From positions 1 to 47,534 of the IMG/VR virus record IMGVR_UViG_3300024520_000007: 47,534 bases of DNA, one strand, 5' to 3'. A program made the translations under genes and the position numbers. Below are positions 15,775-23,077 of the stretch, in pieces (position 1 is the stretch's first letter; each line of letters begins with the position of its first letter). This stretch comes from a virus. The notes under the pieces were generated by a model that searched no databases, was not told the origin of the DNA, and was given only the letters and a program-made list of their open reading frames with translations.

Positions 15775-15951
15775 ATGAAAAAGAAAAAAACTGTTAGTGC
15801 TGAGGAGTTTGAGTTTTTTAAGGACAGGGTTAGAGCCTTGGAACTGGGCCACAAGGCAATGATATATATCCTGATACAGATGTTGTCGGGAAAGAAGATT
15901 GACCCGGAACTGATAAAAAGGGCTGAGGAAGCCGTCCGAGATTTAGGTTGA
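15775..15951 (+). CDS. Hypothetical protein (58 aa)
   Basis: Start-associated sequence ttaaGGAGAGAATCAATG. Confidence 0.5.
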   Translation: MKKKKTVSAEEFEFFKDRVRALELGHKAMIYILIQMLSGKKIDPELIKRAEEAVRDLG

Positions 15952-15974
15952 CTTTTAAGAAGCAAAAGGGTAAG

Positions 15975-16430
15975 ATGATGTTTATGCCAAAAAACTATTT
16001 ATCCGCAACTGAAGCGGCAAAGAAATACGGTTGCTCAAGTTCGGCAATTCGGAGCTTTGTCAGGCAGGGGGTCTTACATTGGGACGAACTTGCCCTGACT
16101 GAGTTTGGAGTGCGCCGAATCACTAAGAAGGACTTTGATAATTTTGTAGGGAGCCGGAGCGACTTGATAGAATCCCGACGAGCCAACGCCTACGCTGGTA
16201 TGCCGGAGGGATATTTGACAATCAACCAGTTCTCACAAAAATACCACATCAGTCCTGCCAAGCTGATGCAAGCCGTTAATGGTAATGTTCTGGAGCATCG
16301 GGTTTCCGACCGAGGGTGGAAACTTTTACCAGAGGGGGAAACGTGTCAAAAACTGAAAGTGGGAGAGTATGCCAACGGGACTGAAATCAATCAGGGAGAT
16401 AACTTACAGAAAGATAAAACCACTGGCTGA
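15975..16430 (+). CDS. DNA-binding protein with two excisionase-type HTH repeats
   Basis: YLSATEAAKKYGCSSSAIRSFVRQGVL and YLTINQFSQKYHISPAKLMQAVNGNVL. The start is uncertain (TTG 15948 or ATG 15975). Confidence 0.6.
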   Translation: MMFMPKNYLSATEAAKKYGCSSSAIRSFVRQGVLHWDELALTEFGVRRITKKDFDNFVGSRSDLIESRRANAYAGMPEGYLTINQFSQKYHISPAKLMQAVNGNVLEHRVSDRGWKLLPEGETCQKLKVGEYANGTEINQGDNLQKDKTTG

Positions 16431-16719
16431 GGAACTTGGGATTTCTCGTAGACGGCTGGAGCGGTTCGTCAGGGGTGAACTGGATCAGCTTGACCTTACC
16501 CTGCGGGAACATCAAGCCCTATCCAACCATCCCGTTTTTCAAGGGACGATGGAAGGGTTGTGTCCTGATGTTTCACAGCCGCCAAGCATGGCAAGTAATG
16601 AACCAACAGAGAAACCGTCTTTTGAAGTTAAGCTAAAAGTGGAGTTGACCAATGGGGCAGTCCACCTTAAAACAGATAAAGGAGAAGTGGAAGAATCGCT
16701 CCAACTTGATCTATTGTAA
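16369..16719 (+). CDS. HTH protein (116 aa)
   Basis: LAEELGISRRRLERFVRG; it overlaps the upstream gene by 62 nt, so the start is uncertain. Confidence 0.45.
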   Translation: MPTGLKSIREITYRKIKPLAEELGISRRRLERFVRGELDQLDLTLREHQALSNHPVFQGTMEGLCPDVSQPPSMASNEPTEKPSFEVKLKVELTNGAVHLKTDKGEVEESLQLDLL

Positions 16720-16736
16720 CAACTGAATAAAAAAGT

Positions 16737-16765
16737 TTACTTTTTCCAAATAAGATAATATAATA
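16737..16765 (+). promoter_or_regulatory. Candidate promoter (TTTACT-17-TATAAT) in the AT-rich noncoding block
   Basis: -35 at 16737..16742, 17-nt spacer, perfect TATAAT at 16760..16765. Confidence 0.4.
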
Positions 16766-17037
16766 GAAATAGGAAATGGGTGAAGGATACAAAATCCCCC
16801 ACCCATAATATCGTACAGAGGAACAACAGGTTGCCAGACTTGCCGCTCTCTTTTTATCAAACAACAAATTCCCAAAAAGGGACGGGGATTTCCGTTTGAT
16901 GCCCTTATTGTACCACAAAAGCAAACTTGCCGTCAAAAAAATAATACTTTTTCGGGGAAAGTTCCACAAAGGAAAACTAGCGTTCCCCTTCCGTGACATT
17001 TTAAAATCAATTTCTAGACGCAAAAAAGGCATCCGAG

Positions 17038-17080
17038 AGACTGCTACGAAACTCGGATGCCCTTTTTATTGTCAATTTTC
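17038..17080 (+). terminator. Intrinsic terminator
   Basis: Perfect 10-bp stem GGCATCCGAG/CTCGGATGCC followed by CTTTTTATT. An upstream A6 run makes it potentially bidirectional. Confidence 0.8.
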
Positions 17081-17151
17081 ATCGGAGAGAATCGAATTGA
17101 CCGCTCTCTGTTACCCAATCACCCATAATCAAATAACAAGGAGAAACTTTA

Positions 17152-18468
17152 ATGTCTGCCATACAGCGTAGCATAGAAGTGAGCCGTAGTCAAGAAAAAC
17201 CTTCCGAATCCCGTCAGGTGAAAAATCGATCTCCGTACACCGAGTTCGATTTACAGAAAGCCAAGAAACGATTGTGCGATCAGTACGAGGTTCCCAAGCT
17301 GGGGTATTACCGATCCATTATCGAACTGTTAATGAATCGGCTGAACGGACAGTTCCGAAAATACGTCAACATGAAGCCGCAATTGTGCTACGGAGAAACC
17401 GTTCCCATTACCGACAGGTGCGTAGCCGAACAGGTAGGATGCTCAGAGAAGATCGTTGGCGATTGCCGGAGGTTTTGTAAACGCTCAGGATTGTTGAATG
17501 TGATACGGGCAACGGGCAAGCATGGAAACGGTCGATGCGGGGTGTGGATATACGCTTTTGTCGGATACATGAATCTGCTACCAGAACAGCCGGGGGAAGT
17601 CATGTTTGAGGAAGATGAAGACAAGGTTTTAATAGTCGATTTCGAGGGGGAAAATCCGTCTCTTTGCTCGGAAGAAAAAGTTCCGTCTACTCGGAAAAAA
17701 AGTTCCGTCTACTCGGAACTTTCTCAGCTTGTCGAAACCTGTTTCAACCCAGACAGTGACAGGGTTTCATCCGGGTCGGGAATTTCAGCTACTAAAACAA
17801 GCTTACAAAAACAATATTACTCTTCTTCTATAGAGGGAGAAGAAGACAAATTTAACAAGGAAAAACACCCTCATTCCAGAGATCGAAACGAGCCAGTTTT
17901 ACAGGTGGATTCAGACTTGGAAAAAACATTGGTTAAGCTGAGCGAAATACGTCAAGATTCTGATGGGAATGCCAACCCTATCGACGAAGCTGAGAAACCA
18001 CAGTTTCGTGTCTGGCTGGACACCTATGCACAAAGACGTATGAAAGACTTAAGCATCTCTTACCAAGAAGCCCTCGAAATATTGCCAGTGGCGTGGGGGC
18101 TGGCAAACCGTGCCAGCCTTAATTACCGACCCGACACCCCGTGCTATTTCGCCAATGGGCGGTCAAATACATATGCCAAACCGTTATTATACGATGCCTT
18201 AAAAACAATACAATCCGGCGGGGAGCCGGAACAGGAGCCGAAGATGGATCTTGACCCAATTCTTTCACAGGGAGATGAAACCGAATCCGTTGTCAATTCA
18301 GAGGAACAGGAATTACGGATGTATATCAGTAAATACAGCACCCTTTTGAAAGCCAGAGAAGCGAATAACGGCTCAGCCTTGTCACGGTTGATGCGTACTC
18401 CTTTGGCTAAGAAACTTGGTGAGGAGACAGCAAGGCGGCTGTTGATAATTGAGGGGATCTGTGGATAA
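17152..18468 (+). CDS. Replication-initiator-like DNA-binding protein (438 aa)
   Basis: RBS AAGGAGAaactttaATG; winged-helix-like ITDRCVAEQVGCSEKIVGDCRRFCKRSGLL; tandem iterons inside the gene; it follows an AT-rich noncoding block. Confidence 0.45.
   Translation: MSAIQRSIEVSRSQEKPSESRQVKNRSPYTEFDLQKAKKRLCDQYEVPKLGYYRSIIELLMNRLNGQFRKYVNMKPQLCYGETVPITDRCVAEQVGCSEKIVGDCRRFCKRSGLLNVIRATGKHGNGRCGVWIYAFVGYMNLLPEQPGEVMFEEDEDKVLIVDFEGENPSLCSEEKVPSTRKKSSVYSELSQLVETCFNPDSDRVSSGSGISATKTSLQKQYYSSSIEGEEDKFNKEKHPHSRDRNEPVLQVDSDLEKTLVKLSEIRQDSDGNANPIDEAEKPQFRVWLDTYAQRRMKDLSISYQEALEILPVAWGLANRASLNYRPDTPCYFANGRSNTYAKPLLYDALKTIQSGGEPEQEPKMDLDPILSQGDETESVVNSEEQELRMYISKYSTLLKAREANNGSALSRLMRTPLAKKLGEETARRLLIIEGICG
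17675..17718. repeat. Two perfect tandem 22-bp repeats (candidate origin iterons)
   Basis: aaaaagttccgtctactcggaa x2, with a degenerate copy ccgtctctttgctcggaa at 17656..17673. Confidence 0.6.
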
Positions 18469-18742
18469 AGAAGACCTGATAGAAGCGATGAAAGATGGTG
18501 CCAACTTTCATACTAAACTTATTGGGGAACGGGAGGTGATCTGTTTTCGGTGCAAGGGATATGAAATCGTTACCGATTACAACAGCGACCATGAAGCCTA
18601 CGAGTCGGTGGTTGTCAAGATGGGTGACAGTACCGTTTTGCATTCGGTGATGAGCGATTTCCATCGGAGAGCCTTAAGTCTGGCTGTCGAGTGGTTGGGT
18701 AAAGAGCTTGATCCACAACTTAGCTTCTTAGAGGAATCGTAA
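18461..18742 (+). CDS. Hypothetical protein
   Basis: GTG 18461 after GAGGGG (TTG 18449 is also possible); it overlaps the end of the upstream gene. Confidence 0.45.
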   Translation: MDKEDLIEAMKDGANFHTKLIGEREVICFRCKGYEIVTDYNSDHEAYESVVVKMGDSTVLHSVMSDFHRRALSLAVEWLGKELDPQLSFLEES

Positions 18743-18746
18743 CAAA

Positions 18747-19238
18747 ATGGCACAGGTAGAACTAACGTATCAGGAAATGGTGTTGGGTTGCACGGTGGGG
18801 CTTACCCGGCACACGGAGAGCGTAGCCAAAAGAAGGACACCTCACTTTCCTGAGAAGTTCCCAGACCAGATGTTGTTGTCTCATCAACTGGGAGCCTGTG
18901 CGGAACTGGCGTTCTGTAAACTGGTGGACAGGTTTTATTCTCCCACCGTAAACACCTTTAAGGCTCCTGATATTGGTGATGATATCGAAGTTAGGTGGAG
19001 CAATAACGGACGCTTGAAAGTTCGACCTGATGACGTAAATGTTTACTGTGTAGCCATGAGCGGCAACTTGCCACGATTTGTGTATCACGGCTGGATGTGG
19101 TCTGAGGATGCTAAACGGGATGAATGGAAAGCTGACCCAAACGGATGGGGGAAACCAGCTTATTTTGTGCCTAACGACCAGTTGCGGCGAGGAAAAATCA
19201 AGCGGGAAGGTAAACAGGTTGCCAGTGTTAAGGGATAA
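18747..19238 (+). CDS. Hypothetical protein, possibly with a PD-(D/E)xK nuclease fold
   Basis: GACAELAF ... PDIGDDIEVRW resembles an E...D...ExK/R arrangement; weak. Confidence 0.4.
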   Translation: MAQVELTYQEMVLGCTVGLTRHTESVAKRRTPHFPEKFPDQMLLSHQLGACAELAFCKLVDRFYSPTVNTFKAPDIGDDIEVRWSNNGRLKVRPDDVNVYCVAMSGNLPRFVYHGWMWSEDAKRDEWKADPNGWGKPAYFVPNDQLRRGKIKREGKQVASVKG

Positions 19239-19878
19239 GAACGGGGAAAGAAACGCACTTTCCAAACAAGAGGTGCATGAGAAATACGATTATGTGCCTA
19301 TTGAGAAAGCACGACCTCTGATTAGCAGATACGATTCACCCCGTAGCAAACGGGGTGACCCAGTTGGGCATCTGGCTCGGAGACATGATAGTTATGTGAC
19401 ACCTGTTCATGGAAAGACTTACTTGGTTCACAGGTTGGTATGGTTGTGGAAAGATAAGGCTACCTACACGTATGGGGAGGTGCCAAAAATGTTAGACCAT
19501 ATTAACCGTGACCATCACGATAACCGATATGAGAACTTGCGTCCTGTAGCTTCGAGCCACAACGGGGTGAATTCCAAATTATCAGATTATGAGAAAACGT
19601 CAATGTACAGGGGTGTTTGTATGAAAAAAGACCGGGGCAAATGGACGGCACAGTTAGGTGGCAAAACGATAGGTGAGTTTGATGACGAGGTGACGGCGGC
19701 ACTAGCGTATGACCGTGCCGCCTATCAAAAGTACGGGGAACTCAACGCTCTTAACTTCCCTGAGAACAAGCGCAATTATCTTGGGCTTGACCATCACGAA
19801 CAATTAGAGTTTAGCCTGTTTAAGAATTGCGATGTACAGCAAACCCTAGACCTGTCAGACGTTATTTTGATTCGATAG
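19225..19878 (+). CDS. HNH endonuclease with an AP2 DNA-binding domain (homing-endonuclease type)
   Basis: LDHINRDHHDNRYENLRPVASSHN (HNH) and YRGVCMKKDRGKWTAQLGGKTIGEFDDEVTAALAYDRAA (AP2). GTG 19225 is proposed as the start because it avoids a long overlap. Confidence 0.75.
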   Translation: MLRDKNGERNALSKQEVHEKYDYVPIEKARPLISRYDSPRSKRGDPVGHLARRHDSYVTPVHGKTYLVHRLVWLWKDKATYTYGEVPKMLDHINRDHHDNRYENLRPVASSHNGVNSKLSDYEKTSMYRGVCMKKDRGKWTAQLGGKTIGEFDDEVTAALAYDRAAYQKYGELNALNFPENKRNYLGLDHHEQLEFSLFKNCDVQQTLDLSDVILIR

Positions 19879-20151
19879 CTTGTACTAAAGATTAAATGTT
19901 TAAAACATTCAAAGTAAAATACAAGCAGAATCAAGCTATCACTAAGGCGTGTTGTACTTAAGCCTAGAGTAAAATATATGTACAAAAGTCTTAACTTAAA
20001 TACAAGGAGACATTTGATTTGCCCTCCGACAGAACTACAGCAAACCTTCTAGGGATGGAAAGGTTTGTGGGGCAAACACGGGACGCTTAATTTAAAGACT
20101 GAAATCTTATAAAGGGGAAGCGTCCCGTTTAAACTTATGATAGGAGATGGC

Positions 20152-20337
20152 ATGAATATGATATGTGGGTTATGCACAGCACCCCATCCACGTGGGCGTC
20201 TTTGCTTATTTGCTACTGAACTTGTCGTCTCTTATCACCAAACTTATCGCTGGAACAGGATCTTGTACAGGCAATATCCCACCAAATGTTCCAGCGTCCA
20301 GTTTACAGGGAGAAAAGTAAATGGGATATTCGGGTAA
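20152..20337 (+). CDS. Small Cys-containing protein (61 aa), doubtful
   Basis: RBS tAGGAGAtggcATG, but the composition is not clearly protein-like. Confidence 0.3.
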   Translation: MNMICGLCTAPHPRGRLCLFATELVVSYHQTYRWNRILYRQYPTKCSSVQFTGRKVNGIFG

Positions 20338-20353
20338 CTTAGCAGGGGAAGCA

Positions 20354-20569
20354 ATGAGTGATGGATTGCCGAAACGGGAACCGCATCACAATAACAGCAC
20401 AAATCATGTTCTGGGGAGTGATGGTTTTTTCACTGTTAAAGAGGTAATCTGCGGTGGCATGGTAATCAGTTTCGGGATGACATGGGGTGGTGCTTGCCTG
20501 TTTTGTGGGTGGCAGTTTGGGCGGCTGATTTACTATTCCGTGAGAAGCCTGATAACACTAATTTTATAA
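20354..20569 (+). CDS. Holin candidate (71 aa)
   Basis: Hydrophobic VICGGMVISFGMTWGGACLFCGWQFGRLIYY; it lies immediately upstream of the endolysin. Confidence 0.4.
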   Translation: MSDGLPKREPHHNNSTNHVLGSDGFFTVKEVICGGMVISFGMTWGGACLFCGWQFGRLIYYSVRSLITLIL

Positions 20570-20579
20570 GGAGGTAAAA

Positions 20580-21206
20580 ATGGCAGATTTTGACTCGTGG
20601 GTTTCTATGGTACTTCAGCACGAAGGAGGATTCGTTAATTCAGCAGAAGATCGGGGAGGTATGACCTCCCGAGGGATAACAAGGGAAAATTGGTCTGAAT
20701 TTATTGGTAGAGAAGCTACCGAAGAAGATATGCGTAACCTCACGGAACAGCAAGCGGTGGATTTTTATCGTGACCTGTGGGAGAAAATGAACCTTGACAG
20801 ATACCCTCCGGCTTTGCATCTTCAATATGCCGATATGCAAGTTAATACGGGGCGAGGGGGAAGCGATATGATTCTTCAAATGGCTGTCAATACCCGTGCT
20901 AATCCTAATGAGCCAGAACGGTGGATCGATGTTGACGGTATTGCTGGGAGGGGAACGATATCCGCACTTGAAAATGCTAATGTAACTCCGTTTGAATATT
21001 TCAGTGAAAGCCTGATGTTCCATGCTAACAACGCTTTCGTTGGTTCAAAGTATGGATTCAAGTTGCGTGATTACCTGTCTAAAAAAGAAGCTAATCCTGA
21101 TGACCAGAATGCGTGGGGCAGAACCCGTACCTCTCAAAATGGGTTCATTAGAGGATGGCACCGTAGGGATCTGGAGACGTATTTGAAAGCTACGGAGGAT
21201 GATTAA
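20580..21206 (+). CDS. Endolysin, glycoside hydrolase family 108-like with a PG-binding C-terminal part
   Basis: VLQHEGGFVNSAEDRGGMTSRGIT matches the GH108 N-terminal signature (HEGG..N...D.GG.T..GIT). Strong RBS AAGGAGGtaaaaATG. Confidence 0.8.
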   Translation: MADFDSWVSMVLQHEGGFVNSAEDRGGMTSRGITRENWSEFIGREATEEDMRNLTEQQAVDFYRDLWEKMNLDRYPPALHLQYADMQVNTGRGGSDMILQMAVNTRANPNEPERWIDVDGIAGRGTISALENANVTPFEYFSESLMFHANNAFVGSKYGFKLRDYLSKKEANPDDQNAWGRTRTSQNGFIRGWHRRDLETYLKATEDD

Positions 21207-21208
21207 GG

Positions 21209-21385
21209 GTGGCTAAGGAAAGTAAGAAAATATTTGCCATCTGTAAGAATCCTGAGTGTGAAAAGGAATTTTCTTTTATTCCCAGCAGAAAGCAGAAGTA
21301 CTGTCAGTACGAATGCTATAAGAGCGATCCGGCGCAAAAGCGGAGACGTAGGCATTCTCTGACATATCTATATACAAAAGATTAA
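21209..21385 (+). CDS. Small zinc-ribbon-like protein (58 aa, GTG start)
   Basis: Translated by hand: CKNPEC...CQYEC with a basic tail; below the ORF-track cutoff. Confidence 0.3.
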   Translation: MAKESKKIFAICKNPECEKEFSFIPSRKQKYCQYECYKSDPAQKRRRRHSLTYLYTKD

Positions 21386-21483
21386 ACTTGCGGGGCGAAA
21401 AAATAAAGAAGGAGGAATGCAAATGTGGATTTCCAAGACTCTTTCTAATAATACGCCCCATCAAAATTAGGAGCTTCGGATAG

Positions 21484-21744
21484 GTGGGGAAAAGAACGTG
21501 GACAAAAAAAGCTCCTCTACCTAACGTTTCAGCTTACAAAGAGTCGATTCTTACAATGATGCGGTATGGGGGAGCAGTTGATAAAATTGCAAAAGACTTG
21601 GGGTTTCCTGAGAAATCTGTTGTCGATTATATCAGAGCGGAAGGGATTGACATACAACTCAGCCGCCGAAGCTGGGTATGGAAATCCAGCCGAGTCACAA
21701 GGAGAAGGATTGGATACCGAAACCCCAAAAAGGAAAGAATTTAA
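21484..21744 (+). CDS. Small HTH-like protein (start and true 3' end uncertain)
   Basis: GGAVDKIAKDLGFPEKSVVDYIRAEG. The last 30 aa look like out-of-frame sequence. Confidence 0.4.
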   Translation: MGKRTWTKKAPLPNVSAYKESILTMMRYGGAVDKIAKDLGFPEKSVVDYIRAEGIDIQLSRRSWVWKSSRVTRRRIGYRNPKKERI

Positions 21745-21916
21745 ATACGGAGCTTTCTATTTCACTCCTGACGGTGACTTTAGGCACTTCTATGCTGGAG
21801 CCGATTGTATGACAGAGTTTGTCACTATCCTTAAGAAATCTGATCCTCATTATTCTTTGATGAGGGTGATGGAATTCTACAGGGATGAAACCGAGAAAGG
21901 AACCGAAACCGAATAA
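21647..21916 (+). CDS. Hypothetical protein (TTG start) or the frameshifted continuation of the upstream ORF
   Basis: The protein-like sequence FKYGAFYFTPDGDFRHFYAGADCMTEFVTILKK lies in the +1 frame relative to 21484..21744. Confidence 0.35.
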   Translation: MTYNSAAEAGYGNPAESQGEGLDTETPKRKEFKYGAFYFTPDGDFRHFYAGADCMTEFVTILKKSDPHYSLMRVMEFYRDETEKGTETE

Positions 21917-22260
21917 TGAAAATGAAAGAATCTCAGTTACAGTCGGCTATCGAGGATATGCTGAAAATCTATGAGAAGGTTAAATCCCTGATCTATATCA
22001 AAAACAATTCGGGAGCTACCAAGGTAGGGGATTCGTTTATCAGGTTCGGTAAAGCGGGTTCCCCGGACTTCCTCGTATTTCTTAGAGGGGGCAAAACGCT
22101 ACACTTGGAAGTAAAGGTAGGTAAAAACAGGCAGACAGCCAACCAAAAAGCCTATCAGCAACAATGTGAACGATTGGGGCATATCTATCAAGTGGTGAAA
22201 TCAATTAAAGAGGTACAGGAACTATTGCATGAAGAAACAATCCTTCAGTCTGCTAGTTGA
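21916..22260 (+). CDS. VRR-NUC-type nuclease
   Basis: GSPDFLVFLRGGKTLHLEVKVGKNRQTANQKAY fits the PD...E-x-K core followed by a conserved Q. Confidence 0.65.
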   Translation: MKMKESQLQSAIEDMLKIYEKVKSLIYIKNNSGATKVGDSFIRFGKAGSPDFLVFLRGGKTLHLEVKVGKNRQTANQKAYQQQCERLGHIYQVVKSIKEVQELLHEETILQSAS

Positions 22261-22507
22261 TTCTATTAGAGACAACAACTTTGATTCCCTGCTACAACTT
22301 TTGGTCAACGCTAGAATCAGGGTCGTGTCCAAATTGGTGAAAAAAGCGGTCATTATGGTCGAAGCGGATAAAGTCGTTTCGAGTTTTCACCCCACAATAT
22401 TGCAATCCGAATCTATCCCGTACAAATATGTAGCCAGAAGGGTGAGCGAAAGACTGAATAAGGACGTGACAGAAAATACCGTACGATATTATCTGGGTAT
22501 CATGTGA
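22229..22507 (+). CDS. Hypothetical protein (92 aa)
   Basis: ORF track only. Confidence 0.4.
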   Translation: MKKQSFSLLVDSIRDNNFDSLLQLLVNARIRVVSKLVKKAVIMVEADKVVSSFHPTILQSESIPYKYVARRVSERLNKDVTENTVRYYLGIM

Positions 22508-22589
22508 TTGAAAAAGTGGACGTTTTTGCTGTGAACGCTTGAAAAAGTGTCACTTCTCATCTAGTTTTTGACAAGTTCGAAAAAGTATG
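22508..22589. promoter_or_regulatory. Three direct repeats TYGAAAAAGTR upstream of the TerS-like gene
   Basis: ttgaaaaagtg at 22508 and 22539, ttcgaaaaagta at 22576. Confidence 0.35.
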
Positions 22590-22603
22590 GTAACAAACGT
22601 GAC

Positions 22604-23077
22604 ATGAGCCAAGCGGAAGTTGGTCAACAAATAGACGGTGAAACTCCTTTAGCCTACGAATATTTCAAGGTTTACAGGGATACTAACCCTGACGAAAGAT
22701 CCCTTGAACGGCTCAGTGACCACGCTGTGTCGGGCAAAAAAAGAACCGCTACCGTTTTTAAACGCTGGTCATCAGATCATAATTGGCAACGTAGAGTCAG
22801 GGATTGGGATGTTGAAAGAAGCAAAGATACCTTACGAGCCGTTATCTTACAGCGCAACAAAGAAGTGGTGGAATTCATTAACCGAGACTTCGCCATCGCC
22901 AAAGTCGCACAAGGGCTGGCTCAGAAGAAATTAGTGGAATTGAACGGACAGGAGTCACTTGACGCTCTGGAGTACAGGCAAGTGATGATGGGCTATCGGG
23001 AAGCACGGGAATTCCTCAAGGAGCTTATCGGTATCTTTGAGGGGCAAACGGACATACTGAACAGGGTAGGAGTTTGA
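22604..23077 (+). CDS. Terminase small subunit-like protein
   Basis: Position at the head of the late operon; LAYEYFKVYRD...RSLERLS...TVFKRWSSDHNWQRRVRDWD resembles HTH-type TerS N-termini. The start is uncertain (TTG 22568 or ATG 22604). Confidence 0.4.
   Translation: MSQAEVGQQIDGETPLAYEYFKVYRDTNPDERSLERLSDHAVSGKKRTATVFKRWSSDHNWQRRVRDWDVERSKDTLRAVILQRNKEVVEFINRDFAIAKVAQGLAQKKLVELNGQESLDALEYRQVMMGYREAREFLKELIGIFEGQTDILNRVGV

Noticed and set aside
16667-17171. Track ORFs 16667..17032 (-) and 16896..17171 (+) in the AT-rich block
   Set aside because: The sequence is low-complexity. There are no RBSs. The + ORF runs through a strong terminator, and both lie in a region better explained as origin or regulatory DNA.
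20137-20337. Cys-containing 61-66-aa ORF as a late-gene zinc-finger activator
   Set aside because: It has a good RBS, but the sequence is compositionally odd and overlaps the next ORF by 17 nt. It is kept only as a low-confidence feature.
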